From an uncultured virus (IMG/VR IMGVR_UViG_3300005764_000014) (Duplodnaviria; Heunggongvirae; Uroviricota; Caudoviricetes), in IMG/VR virus record IMGVR_UViG_3300005764_000014: 64,000 bases of DNA; one strand, 5' to 3'. The notes under the pieces were generated by a model. The model saw only the letters and a list, made by a program, of their open reading frames with translations, was not told where the DNA came from and made no database searches. The position numbers and the translations under genes are program-made. Shown here in pieces: positions 36,727 through 45,546 of the stretch. The number at the start of each line of letters is the position of its first letter. The stretch's first letter is position 1.

Positions 36727-37752
36727 GTGACGGCCCCCGTTATTAATCTCGTAGGCCCTCACGGCTACGTTCACGGCTGGCGGTACGTTGGCGGCCCTGG
36801 GCTGCCCAGAGTGCCCGCGCCCCGGTCCCACACCGGTCACGGCAGGAGCCCGTCCGCAGGGCACCGCAGGACCGGGATGCGCCCAAAAGGCCTGGCCCCG
36901 CCCAGGCCGTTCGGGCCGAACATGGGCGAGCTGGGCAAGGCCGCCCGGGGCAGCACGTTGCGTAGCGGCAAGGGCGGCAGCAACAAGAACCTCGGCAAGG
37001 AGGGGCGGGCCGCGGCGTTCAAGGCCGGGCACGCGCTACCGCCAGCCAGCCCCGGAGCCCCGCACGGGTTCCCAATCACCAGCCCCAAGTCGTGGGAGGA
37101 CGCCCGCCGGGCGGTCGGCCGGGTCAAGTCACCGGCCCGCCGCGCCGCTCTTGCCGGGCTGCTGCGCCGCACCGCCGCCCAGTACGGCAAGTCCAAGGCG
37201 CTGAAGGCCTCGTGGGCCGCCGCCAACACCCTGCCAGCCCTGGAGTTCGCTATGGTCAACCGGCCGCGCCTGCCTGTGTCCAGCCCGTTCGACCTGGTGA
37301 TCAGCCGCGGGGCCGAGGGCGAGGCGATCGTCCGCCACCGCCGCGGCGGGTATGAGATCGGCCGTATCACCCGCGGCACCGACGGGGCCTGGGTCGCCGC
37401 TGCTGGTGGCAAAGACCTGAACCCGCACACCCGTCAGCGCGGCGCGCTGCTGGAGCTGATCGGCACCCACAACCGCAGCACCCCCTCGCCCTATCACCGC
37501 GGCGGCGACGTGGTCCGGGCTCCCGCGTTGCAGCGCGGCGACACCCAGACCGAGCTGATGCGGGCGGCTGGCGTGCCCGCGATCAGCACCCTGGCGACCC
37601 CGACGGCGGGCAGCTCCGACGGGCCGCGCACCACCGGCAACGACATCTCCGGGCTCGGCCGCAAGGGACAGACGATCTACAAGAAACTCCGCGGCCGGGG
37701 CTTCCCGCACGAGCGGGCGCACAACTTCGCCCGCAGGGCGGAGCGCAAGTGA
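36727..37752 (+). CDS. Head-region modular protein D (VGPxGYxHGW tag; DUF6582-like FPI..DA.RAVGR segment)
   Basis: GGAGG RBS and GTG start; INL-VGPHGYVHGW; very basic. Confidence 0.75.
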   Translation: MTAPVINLVGPHGYVHGWRYVGGPGLPRVPAPRSHTGHGRSPSAGHRRTGMRPKGLAPPRPFGPNMGELGKAARGSTLRSGKGGSNKNLGKEGRAAAFKAGHALPPASPGAPHGFPITSPKSWEDARRAVGRVKSPARRAALAGLLRRTAAQYGKSKALKASWAAANTLPALEFAMVNRPRLPVSSPFDLVISRGAEGEAIVRHRRGGYEIGRITRGTDGAWVAAAGGKDLNPHTRQRGALLELIGTHNRSTPSPYHRGGDVVRAPALQRGDTQTELMRAAGVPAISTLATPTAGSSDGPRTTGNDISGLGRKGQTIYKKLRGRGFPHERAHNFARRAERK

Positions 37753-38969
37753 GCGCCGCCGTCCTCACCCCGTTCACCAGCCACCGGGCCACCCCCGCCG
37801 GCCCCGGCCGGTGGCGCAAGAAACTGCTGCCCATCGGGGAGATCCACTACCAGGGCCGCGTGCTGAAGTTCACCAAGGACTACCTCGCCGGCCTGGTCGG
37901 CGCGTTCCGCGACAAGGCCTACGACCAGGTGCCGTTCCAGCTCGCGGATGCCAAGAACACCCACACCAACGACCCCGAGCGCACCCGTGGCCAGATCACC
38001 AGCATGACCCTGGAGCCCGACGGGCTCTACATCGAGATGGACCCCACCCAGGCCGGGGCGGCGGTGCTGACCGCCAACCCCGGGCTCGGCGTATCCGCCC
38101 GGATCGTGGAGGGCTACGACCGCGCCGACGGCAAGTTCTTCCCGAAGGCGATCCAGCATGTGCTCGGCACGCTCGACCCCCGCATTCCCGGCATGGGCGG
38201 CTGGAGCACCGTCGAAGCCGCCAATGACGCCGTGACGGTCCTGCTGGACCTGTCCACGGCCCACTTCGCAGGAGAGGAGCCGGGCATGCCCGAGCTGACC
38301 GACGACCAGGCGGCAAGGCTGGCCAAACTGTTGGACCTCGACCCGGACAAGCTCGCGGCGCTGGTAGCGGCCGGCGGCGCAGCCGGCCTGGGCCAGGCCC
38401 CTACCCTCAACGGCAACGGCGACGGCAACGCCCCCGCCGCCGGCGAGGAAGACGACCCCGAGGCCGTCGCTATCGCCGCGCAGATCGACGCCATGTCCGA
38501 TGAGGAGCTGGCCGAGCTGGAGCGCGAGCTGGAGGCCGAGGAGGCGGGCCAGCAGCCGGTGGGAGCCGGCCTGGCCAACGACGCCGGCACGCTGGCCGCC
38601 GAGCTGGCGCAGGCCGGGGTGGAGGAGAACGCCCGGCAGCTCGGCATCATCACCGCGCAGCTCGACCGCGAGCGGTGGACCAGCGAGCGGCAGCGGCTGG
38701 TCACCGCCGGCACCCCGCCCTACATCGCGGACCTGGCCCAGCCGCTGCTCGAAGGCGCGGGGCATGTGGTCGACCTCGCCGGCGGCACGTCTGTGGACGC
38801 CGGGCAGATCGTCCGCAAGATCCTCACCGAGTACCAGAAGCTCGGCCAGCAGCTCGGCATCGGCGTGGAACTGGGCTCCGCGATGGATGAGCCCGTCGAC
38901 ACCGAGGCCGAGACGGCCCGCGACGACATCGTCAAGCGGGCCCGCGCGCAGATGTTCGGGATGACCTGA
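37749..38969 (+). CDS. Mu gpI-like prohead protease fused to scaffold
   Basis: LLPIGEI, NTH, GVSARI and HVLGTLDPRIPGM; acidic helical C-terminal half; upstream of capsid genes. Confidence 0.8.
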   Translation: MSAAVLTPFTSHRATPAGPGRWRKKLLPIGEIHYQGRVLKFTKDYLAGLVGAFRDKAYDQVPFQLADAKNTHTNDPERTRGQITSMTLEPDGLYIEMDPTQAGAAVLTANPGLGVSARIVEGYDRADGKFFPKAIQHVLGTLDPRIPGMGGWSTVEAANDAVTVLLDLSTAHFAGEEPGMPELTDDQAARLAKLLDLDPDKLAALVAAGGAAGLGQAPTLNGNGDGNAPAAGEEDDPEAVAIAAQIDAMSDEELAELERELEAEEAGQQPVGAGLANDAGTLAAELAQAGVEENARQLGIITAQLDRERWTSERQRLVTAGTPPYIADLAQPLLEGAGHVVDLAGGTSVDAGQIVRKILTEYQKLGQQLGIGVELGSAMDEPVDTEAETARDDIVKRARAQMFGMT

Positions 38970-39169
38970 TGTCCCGGCAGATCATCACCAAGGCCGTGAC
39001 GATCCCGGCCACCGACTACGCCCACCCCGCCCGGACCCTGCAGCCGGGCCAGGTGGTCGAGCTGTCCGCCAGCGAGCAGGCCGCGATCACCGGGGCAGGC
39101 GGCACGCTCCGGGCCACCACGTTCCGCGACTCGACCGGCGAGCAGGCCGGCGTATCCAACAGCAACTAG
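38969..39169 (+). CDS. Small virion-associated protein
   Basis: TGATG overlap; located in the head module. Confidence 0.6.
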   Translation: MSRQIITKAVTIPATDYAHPARTLQPGQVVELSASEQAAITGAGGTLRATTFRDSTGEQAGVSNSN

Positions 39170-39181
39170 GAGGTCAGCGCC

Positions 39182-39676
39182 ATGGCTGCGGTTCTTCCGC
39201 ACTACAAGGCAGGACCGGCTAGCTACCAGGTCTCGACGTTGATCTTCGGTGGCCAGTTGGTTGAGAACACCACCCAGACTGCGGGCACCACCGACCTGAC
39301 GATCAAGCCCACCGTGGCGGGGTCGAAGGCATGCCTGGGTGTGGCCGGCGGGGATGCCAACGTGCTGGCCTCCCAGATCCCGCCTGCCACCAACACCTAC
39401 GGCGAGCCCCAGCTCGACATCAGCGTGCTCACCGACTTCACCGGCGTCTACCACGGCCCGGTGGACATCTGGGTCTGGTACGCCGGCGCGACTGCGCCAG
39501 GCGCGCTGATCATCACGGGAGCTAACGGCACCGCCGTCACCATCGGCGCGGGCACCTTCGACCAGGTGATCGGCCGCTGCACCCACCCGGGCGGCGTGGC
39601 CGCCGGTCAGCTCACGCAGCAGATCGGCGGCATCGGCGCATCCAGCTTCTTCCTGGGCCGGGCCAGGATTTTCTGA
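39182..39676 (+). CDS. Capsid decoration/cement protein
   Basis: Small G/A/T-rich beta protein directly before the major capsid gene; strong RBS. Confidence 0.65.
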   Translation: MAAVLPHYKAGPASYQVSTLIFGGQLVENTTQTAGTTDLTIKPTVAGSKACLGVAGGDANVLASQIPPATNTYGEPQLDISVLTDFTGVYHGPVDIWVWYAGATAPGALIITGANGTAVTIGAGTFDQVIGRCTHPGGVAAGQLTQQIGGIGASSFFLGRARIF

Positions 39677-39689
39677 GAGGAGCTGACCG

Positions 39690-40601
39690 ATGCCGGTCGC
39701 CGCACGCGGGTACAGCGATGGCCCCAGAGTTACCGTCAACGAGCTGCTGAAGGACCCGCTGGTCATCCCGCAGCTCATCCTCGACCTGACGCAGAACGAG
39801 TTCATCGTGGACTCCGTGCTGCGCAACGGCGGCAACACCCCGAGCGGCGCTGTCCGCTACGCGGAGTCGACGCCGCTGTACGCCGACGACTTCCCCGAGA
39901 TCCGCGCTGAGTTCGCTGAAGTGCCGATCGTGCCAACCTCGATCGGCATCCCCCGGGTGGTCTTCGCGCACGAGCGCGCCATGGCGATCATGGTGTCCGA
40001 CGAGATGCGCCGCCGCCAGGTGGTCGACCCGGTCACCCGGCAGTTGCTGCAGGTCAAGAACACGATGACCTATAGCTGGAACACGGCGTTCTACGCCGCG
40101 GTGGTGGCCAACGTCAGCATCCAGACCCTCGCGGTGGCCAACACCTGGGCGTCCGCGGCGGCGACGATCCGCGCCGACCTCGCCCAGGCCTGCTACCTGG
40201 TGGAGAACGCCGCCACCACCAGCCCGACCGGGCTGACCCAGTGGCTGGGCTTCGAGGCCGACACGCTGATCATCAACCACGGCACCAAGAACACGCTGCT
40301 GCAGAGCAACACGTTCGCCGCGCCGTACGTCGGTGACATCGCCAGCGAGAACCTGCTGTACACAGGCGTGCTGCCGCAGAAGATCCTCAACCTCGACGTG
40401 ATGGTGTCCCGGCAGATCCCCGCCGGCAACGCCATCGTCATGCAGCGGCAGCGCTGCGGGTTCTTCTCCGATGAGCTGCCGTTCATGGCCGGGCCGCTGT
40501 ACCGCGACGAACCGCGCAAGACCTGGCGGTCGGACGTCCAGCGGGCCGCCGCGCTCGGCCTGGACCAGCCGCTGGCCATCGCGCTGCTGAGCGGGGTGTG
40601 A
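39690..40601 (+). CDS. Major capsid protein
   Basis: 303 aa; RAEFAEVP, VSDEMRRR and C-terminal DQPLAIALLSGV; position in the head module. Confidence 0.9.
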   Translation: MPVAARGYSDGPRVTVNELLKDPLVIPQLILDLTQNEFIVDSVLRNGGNTPSGAVRYAESTPLYADDFPEIRAEFAEVPIVPTSIGIPRVVFAHERAMAIMVSDEMRRRQVVDPVTRQLLQVKNTMTYSWNTAFYAAVVANVSIQTLAVANTWASAAATIRADLAQACYLVENAATTSPTGLTQWLGFEADTLIINHGTKNTLLQSNTFAAPYVGDIASENLLYTGVLPQKILNLDVMVSRQIPAGNAIVMQRQRCGFFSDELPFMAGPLYRDEPRKTWRSDVQRAAALGLDQPLAIALLSGV

Positions 40602-41026
40602 TGTCGGCCTACGAAGCGATCGTCAACCTGTCGGTGCCCCGCGAGGGTGACGCCGGCAAGGAGACCGACCTGGTGTTCGCCGGGGAGACCATCGAGCTGA
40701 CCGATGCCCAGGCCGACCTGTTCCGGCCGCCGCTCAAAGCCATCGCCATGATCCGCCCGGCCAAGGACGGCGGTGAGCGGCCCCGCATCCTGCCCCGGCA
40801 GCTCTCGGGCATCCAGGTCAGCCGGCGCACCGGCCTGATCGTCGGCGTGCCCGGCCCCGGCGCGGACACCCGCCCGGACCCGGCGGGCTCCAGCCAGATC
40901 ATCACCACCGAGCCGCCCGAGGCGAACGAGCCGCAGCCCGGCGACGAGACAGCGTCACCCGTGGACGCGGTCGACATCCCGCCGCGGGCCCGGCGTGCCC
41001 CGGCACGGGCAGGATCGAGGAGCTGA
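40601..41026 (+). CDS. Hypothetical virion protein
   Basis: Follows the major capsid gene. Confidence 0.7.
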   Translation: MSAYEAIVNLSVPREGDAGKETDLVFAGETIELTDAQADLFRPPLKAIAMIRPAKDGGERPRILPRQLSGIQVSRRTGLIVGVPGPGADTRPDPAGSSQIITTEPPEANEPQPGDETASPVDAVDIPPRARRAPARAGSRS

Positions 41027-41029
41027 GTT

Positions 41030-41452
41030 ATGGCCGTCGCCGTCCCCACCAGCATCCGGCTCACCTGCCCGCGGTGCCGGATACTCCGGTCGTTCGTGGG
41101 GATCGACGGGGCCACCAGCTTCCGCTGCTCGGGCTGCGAGTGGTACTACACGCTGTCCGCTGCTGCTCCCACCGGCACCAGCAACGCAGCGCTCGCGCCC
41201 GGCGGCACGGCGATCGGGGTGGCCTCCGGTGGCGTGTCCTTCACGAACGGCATGGTGCTGCTGTATGACACCGGCCAGCTCACGGAGGTACTCACGGTAA
41301 GCGGCAGCGCCACCGCCACTTCGATCCCCGTGACCGCCGCCGTCCGGTCGCACTCCAGCGGGGCTACCTTCGGGCAGCTCGCGGACGCCGTCACCTACAC
41401 CGGCTTCGGCACCCAGGGCGCGGTCATCCCCGCAGCACCGTGGGGGTTCTGA
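41030..41452 (+). CDS. Hypothetical protein with N-terminal Zn ribbon
   Basis: CPRC..CSGC followed by a beta-rich domain. Confidence 0.7.
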   Translation: MAVAVPTSIRLTCPRCRILRSFVGIDGATSFRCSGCEWYYTLSAAAPTGTSNAALAPGGTAIGVASGGVSFTNGMVLLYDTGQLTEVLTVSGSATATSIPVTAAVRSHSSGATFGQLADAVTYTGFGTQGAVIPAAPWGF

Positions 41453-41724
41453 TGGCCGTCAACCGGTACGTGCTCACCGCCACCGTGATCGTCAACCCCG
41501 GCGCGGCGGCGACTGTCGTGGCGGGGGAGCCCGGCACGGCCGGGGCGGCCGGCTACGGCTCGGCCGCCACCACGGGCGGGCCGATCTGGGCGACCAGCTA
41601 CCCGATCGGCCAGGTGATCATGCTCGACCCCGCCGGGCCGCTGTACGCCCAGATCGGCGCGGGCAACCTGCGCACGTTCGTGGACGGCCAGGACACCGTC
41701 GGGCACGCCGGCCTGACCAACTAG
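41452..41724 (+). CDS. Hypothetical virion protein
   Basis: TGATG overlap. Confidence 0.65.
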   Translation: MAVNRYVLTATVIVNPGAAATVVAGEPGTAGAAGYGSAATTGGPIWATSYPIGQVIMLDPAGPLYAQIGAGNLRTFVDGQDTVGHAGLTN

Positions 41725-41735
41725 GAGGAAACCCC

Positions 41736-41933
41736 GTGGCTGCCAACCCCCGCATGGTGATCACCACAGTCGACGTGCCCTGGGACGGCGGCATCATCCA
41801 CACCCGGGCCGGCACCGTGGTCGACATCCCGGCCGGCCACCCGCTGGAGACCGCCTACGGCGGCACCAGCAACCTGCTGCAGCTCGACGCGCCCAGCCAG
41901 CAGGCGGTATCGGCGGGGAGCGGGCCTGGATGA
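41736..41933 (+). CDS. Small hypothetical protein, similar to the C-terminus of the previous gene
   Basis: AGGAGG RBS; GTVVDIPAGHPLETAYGGTSNL resembles GQVIMLDPAGPLYAQIGAGNL. Confidence 0.65.
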   Translation: MAANPRMVITTVDVPWDGGIIHTRAGTVVDIPAGHPLETAYGGTSNLLQLDAPSQQAVSAGSGPG

Positions 41934-42475
41934 CGACCCCGGCAGCGGTGACGTATGCGAGCGTCGATGACCTGCGCCTGGTGCTGGACAGCACCGACGC
42001 GGGCACAGGCACCGCTGCCCAGTTGTCCGACGAACAGCTCACCCTCGCGCTGGAGGCGGCCTCCAACCGGGTCACCACCTACACCGACGAGGTCTACGAC
42101 CCCACCGACGGGTCGATGCCCGGCATCGTCCGTGACCTGACCCTCGACCTCGCGGCCTGGTGGGCGAGCACCTATTACGCCAAGCAGAAGGAGATGGGCC
42201 CCAACCACCCGGTGATCCTGCGGTACACCGCCGCGGTCAAGGTGCTCGATGACATCCGCCAGGGCGTGGTCAACATCGACTTCGCCGCCGCGCAGGCCCC
42301 TGGGGCTGCGGGCACCGGCACCGCCGCCCGGGTGATCAACTCGATCCCGAACATCTTCACCCCCGACGATTCCAACACCCGCTACGACCCGACCACCGGG
42401 TACCTGGCCGTGTCCTCCCCGCCGGACCAGATGGGCCGCCGGGACATGCTCACCGACTGGTGGCCCTACCCGTGA
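41930..42475 (+). CDS. Head-tail adaptor (Mu gp36/DUF1320-like)
   Basis: YASVDDLR, EAASNRV and RYTAAVKVLDDIRQG motifs. Confidence 0.8.
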   Translation: MTTPAAVTYASVDDLRLVLDSTDAGTGTAAQLSDEQLTLALEAASNRVTTYTDEVYDPTDGSMPGIVRDLTLDLAAWWASTYYAKQKEMGPNHPVILRYTAAVKVLDDIRQGVVNIDFAAAQAPGAAGTGTAARVINSIPNIFTPDDSNTRYDPTTGYLAVSSPPDQMGRRDMLTDWWPYP

Positions 42476-42996
42476 CCGGCGGGACCTTCCCGGCGCACGC
42501 CGCGGATCTGTTGCAGCGGACCCGCGCGGGTGACGGCTTGCTGCGCGGCAGCGTCACCGTCGACCAGATTTACGCCCACTACCAGCACGAGCGGCTCGAC
42601 CTGAACCACCCCCGCGGCGGTGGCCCCAAGTATCTGGAGCGCCCGCTGTTCGACCATTACCGGGTCTGGCTGGCCAATATCGCGGACACCTACCTGGCCG
42701 AGGGCCCCAACCGGGCGATGGCCTTCGCCATGGAGGATCTGTCCGACCTGGCCGAGCTGGCCGCGCCGTGGGAGTTCGGGGACCTGATCCACTCCGGGCA
42801 CCCCGAGGTTCGCCGCGGCGAGGAACTGGTCTACGACCGGTCCCCCAAGCGGCACCGGCTGACCGAGGCCGAGCTGCGGCAGAAGCTGCGGTGGCGGTGG
42901 GCGGGCATGCCCGGCGCGCTGAAGGGCTGGATCTACTGGCACAACACCATTCGCGGCCGGATGGGCCTGCCGCCGCCGAGGACTGGTGCGCTGTGA
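42472..42996 (+). CDS. Neck/tail-completion protein (HK97 gp10-like)
   Basis: YAHYQHE..HPRGGGPKYLERP. Confidence 0.7.
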   Translation: MTGGTFPAHAADLLQRTRAGDGLLRGSVTVDQIYAHYQHERLDLNHPRGGGPKYLERPLFDHYRVWLANIADTYLAEGPNRAMAFAMEDLSDLAELAAPWEFGDLIHSGHPEVRRGEELVYDRSPKRHRLTEAELRQKLRWRWAGMPGALKGWIYWHNTIRGRMGLPPPRTGAL

Positions 42997-43403
42997 CCGC
43001 GCAGACGCAGGTGATCATCGACTGGATCACGGGCCTCGGCTGGGACGACCGGCAGGAACTGGCCTGGCCGGTGCTGCCCGGCCCGTACGTGCCCGAGGAG
43101 CCCGACCGGGTGGTGGTCATCACCGGCGGCGGCGGGCCCGGCTTCACCACCGAGGAACGGGCCACCGACGCCAGCAACTTCCAGGCCCGGGTCCGCGGGG
43201 CCCCGGACGACCCGCTCGGGACCGAGGAGACCGCCGGGCTGCTCGATGACCTGATCACCGGGGCGGCCTTCCCCGTCCAGGTGGACGGGGTGTGGCTGGT
43301 GGCTGCCAACCGGGTCGGCTCCGGGCCGTCTCCGCTGCCGTACGACCCCGCCGACCGGCGCATCGACTTCACCGCGAATTACACGATCGTGATGGGAGCC
43401 TGA
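42993..43403 (+). CDS. Tail terminator
   Basis: PDRVVVIT, FQARVRG and FTANY motifs. Confidence 0.75.
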   Translation: MTAQTQVIIDWITGLGWDDRQELAWPVLPGPYVPEEPDRVVVITGGGGPGFTTEERATDASNFQARVRGAPDDPLGTEETAGLLDDLITGAAFPVQVDGVWLVAANRVGSGPSPLPYDPADRRIDFTANYTIVMGA

Positions 43404-43404
43404 C

Positions 43405-43881
43405 ATGGCCACCGGACCACGGGTCACCCTGGCCCCGATCCCGCTGAACCTCGGCGCGGCCGGGAGCACGTTCCTCACCGCCGCCTCGCCCGGCTACGAC
43501 CTCGGCTCCCCGAGCGCGATCACCGCGTGGTCCACCACGCTCGGCGTGATGCTGCCCAACCCCGGCGGCAACGTCATCCTGGTCTACGCCTGCGGCGCGA
43601 CCCCAGCCGGCGTGACCCAGGTGCTGGTCGGGGACCTGGTGGGCAACACCGGCCAGGTGATCCCGGCCACCGTCTACCAGTACACGATCGCCGCCAACAC
43701 GGTCGGCTGGCTCGGCCCGTGGAACGCCGCCACCTACAACCAGCAGGCCCCGACCCTGGTCACCTACGCCGGGGCGATCAACACCCAGGCGCTCACCGCC
43801 GCCGCGCAGGGCTCGGTGGTCGTGGACTTCACCACCACCACCACGCTGGCCGTCCGTGCTATGTCCCTGATCCCCGCTTAG
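43405..43881 (+). CDS. Structural protein (tail-associated)
   Basis: Beta-rich with LGPWN..YNQ; position in the tail module. Confidence 0.6.
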   Translation: MATGPRVTLAPIPLNLGAAGSTFLTAASPGYDLGSPSAITAWSTTLGVMLPNPGGNVILVYACGATPAGVTQVLVGDLVGNTGQVIPATVYQYTIAANTVGWLGPWNAATYNQQAPTLVTYAGAINTQALTAAAQGSVVVDFTTTTTLAVRAMSLIPA

Positions 43882-43892
43882 GAGGCCCCGTC

Positions 43893-44204
43893 ATGACCGA
43901 GCCCGCCGCCCCGGCCGCCACGCCGCCTCCCGCGCCGCAGGCTGAGGCCCCCGCCGTCAAGCCCGCGACCGGGCCGCTGTCTGACGCCGAGCGCGAGCAG
44001 CTCCTGGCCCTCCAGGCTCGCCAGGCCACCGCGCTGGTCGACGCCGGCGAGGCGGCGGTGATGACGGTCGGGGAGCCGCATTCGGAGTTCATCTACGGCG
44101 GCGTGACCGTGACCGCCGACCCCACCACGGTGCCCGCTCATCTGGTGGCCCCGCTCACCGCCGCCGCCGCCGAGGCTGGCGTGACACTCACCCAGGAGAG
44201 CTGA
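43893..44204 (+). CDS. Hypothetical protein
   Basis: AGGAGG RBS. Confidence 0.65.
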   Translation: MTEPAAPAATPPPAPQAEAPAVKPATGPLSDAEREQLLALQARQATALVDAGEAAVMTVGEPHSEFIYGGVTVTADPTTVPAHLVAPLTAAAAEAGVTLTQES

Positions 44205-44205
44205 C

Positions 44206-44814
44206 ATGGCAGGTCCGCCGCTTGTTTACACGCCCCCGAACTACACCACCCAGAACGTCTTGTATGGCGTCGGCATCATGTTCACCGCCGTGCCCGGCAC
44301 CGCCCTGCCGTCAGACCAGAACCTGGGCGTGGCGACCTCGTGGACCAGCCTGGGCTGGGGCTACATTGGCGCGACCGAGGCCGGCCTCACGGTTACGTTC
44401 AACCCCTCCACGCAGGACATCAACATCGAGGAGCAGCCCACCCCGGTGGCGGTGATTGTCAACACGGCCACGCTGCAGGTCACCTGTTCGCTGTCGGAGG
44501 AGACCCTCACCAACGTCAACCTCGCGTGGGGCAACGGCGGCTCGATCGCGGTGACACCGGCCGGGGCGGGCCAGCCGGGCAAGTCGGTGCTGACGCTGTC
44601 CACCAACTTCGCCGCGATGGCGGTGGCGGTGATCGGCAAGAACCAGAACGGCTTCGCCCGGGTGCTGTCGATTCCGCAGGTGATGTCCGCGGGCCAGGTG
44701 CAAACCGCTTACCGCAGGGCCGCCCAGCAGCGCTTGTACCCGTTGACATTGAACGCCACCTGCCCGTTCGCCCAGATCACCTGGACCGACCTGACCGCGA
44801 TAGCCACGAGCTGA
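44206..44814 (+). CDS. Major tail (tube) protein
   Basis: NVLYGVG, WGYIGATEAG and SLSEETLTN; precedes the chaperone and tape measure genes. Confidence 0.85.
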   Translation: MAGPPLVYTPPNYTTQNVLYGVGIMFTAVPGTALPSDQNLGVATSWTSLGWGYIGATEAGLTVTFNPSTQDINIEEQPTPVAVIVNTATLQVTCSLSEETLTNVNLAWGNGGSIAVTPAGAGQPGKSVLTLSTNFAAMAVAVIGKNQNGFARVLSIPQVMSAGQVQTAYRRAAQQRLYPLTLNATCPFAQITWTDLTAIATS

Positions 44815-44824
44815 GGAGCCGCCC

Positions 44825-45298
44825 ATGCCAGCATTCGACGCCGCCGCCGTTGTCGAGTCCCTGGAATGGGACTTCACCGGCAAGGTCGGCGGCAGGACCG
44901 CCCCCGGCTGGCCCAAGGAACTGGCGAACGCCAAGGGCACCATCCCCGAGCCGACCGACGCGGCGATCGGCCGGTTCCTCGACGGGCTCAAAACGATGTA
45001 CACCAGCGCCCAGGGCCTGGCCGGGATGGACCTGGGCGAGGACGCCTCCCCGGACCAGATGCTGGAGGCCTTGTCGTCGGTGACCGGCGAGGCGTTCGTC
45101 AAGCTGATGGCCGACGTGGCGGGCCTGTTTGCGGAGCTGTGCGGCGACTCCCCCACCCAGGCGCAGCTCCTAGCGCTGCCGATGCGGGCCCGGGTCAGGT
45201 TCTACGGCTGGCTGCAGAAGGAAGTGGTCAACCCGGAAGCCGAGACCGGCGCTGGGCAGGCGGTAGTGAAGTCTCTGCCGTCCGCTCACGCCGGGTAA
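44825..45298 (+). CDS. Tail assembly chaperone (G)
   Basis: Lies between the tail tube and tape measure genes. Confidence 0.8.
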   Translation: MPAFDAAAVVESLEWDFTGKVGGRTAPGWPKELANAKGTIPEPTDAAIGRFLDGLKTMYTSAQGLAGMDLGEDASPDQMLEALSSVTGEAFVKLMADVAGLFAELCGDSPTQAQLLALPMRARVRFYGWLQKEVVNPEAETGAGQAVVKSLPSAHAG

Positions 45299-45546
45299 TC
45301 CTCTACCTCGCGCGCCGGTACTTCGGACTGGGCCCGGACGAATGGGACGCGCTGAGCTGGGACATCCAGCGGGCCTACACCGACGGCCTGGAGGCCGACG
45401 GCACGGTCACCTTCGGCCGCGAGGGCGAGGGCGCGTTCCCCGCCGCCGAGGCAGGGGGGCCGCAGCAGCGCACCGCGCAGGTGGCCGACGTGATCGACAT
45501 CACCGGCATGCGTGCCGAGCTGGAAGCGAAACGGGGTGGTGAGTGA
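45232..45546 (+). CDS. Tail assembly chaperone -1 frameshift extension (GT)
   Basis: Startless -1 frame ILYLARRYFGLGPDEWDALSW.. ending at the tape measure start; candidate slip site C CCG GAA at 45232-45238. Confidence 0.7.
   Translation, partial: PGSRDRRWAGGSEVSAVRSRRVILYLARRYFGLGPDEWDALSWDIQRAYTDGLEADGTVTFGREGEGAFPAAEAGGPQQRTAQVADVIDITGMRAELEAKRGGE

Noticed and set aside
28290..36780. Repeated tags as a CRISPR array or DGR template/variable repeats
   Set aside because: Conservation is at the protein level with synonymous changes, spacing is irregular, and no reverse transcriptase is present.
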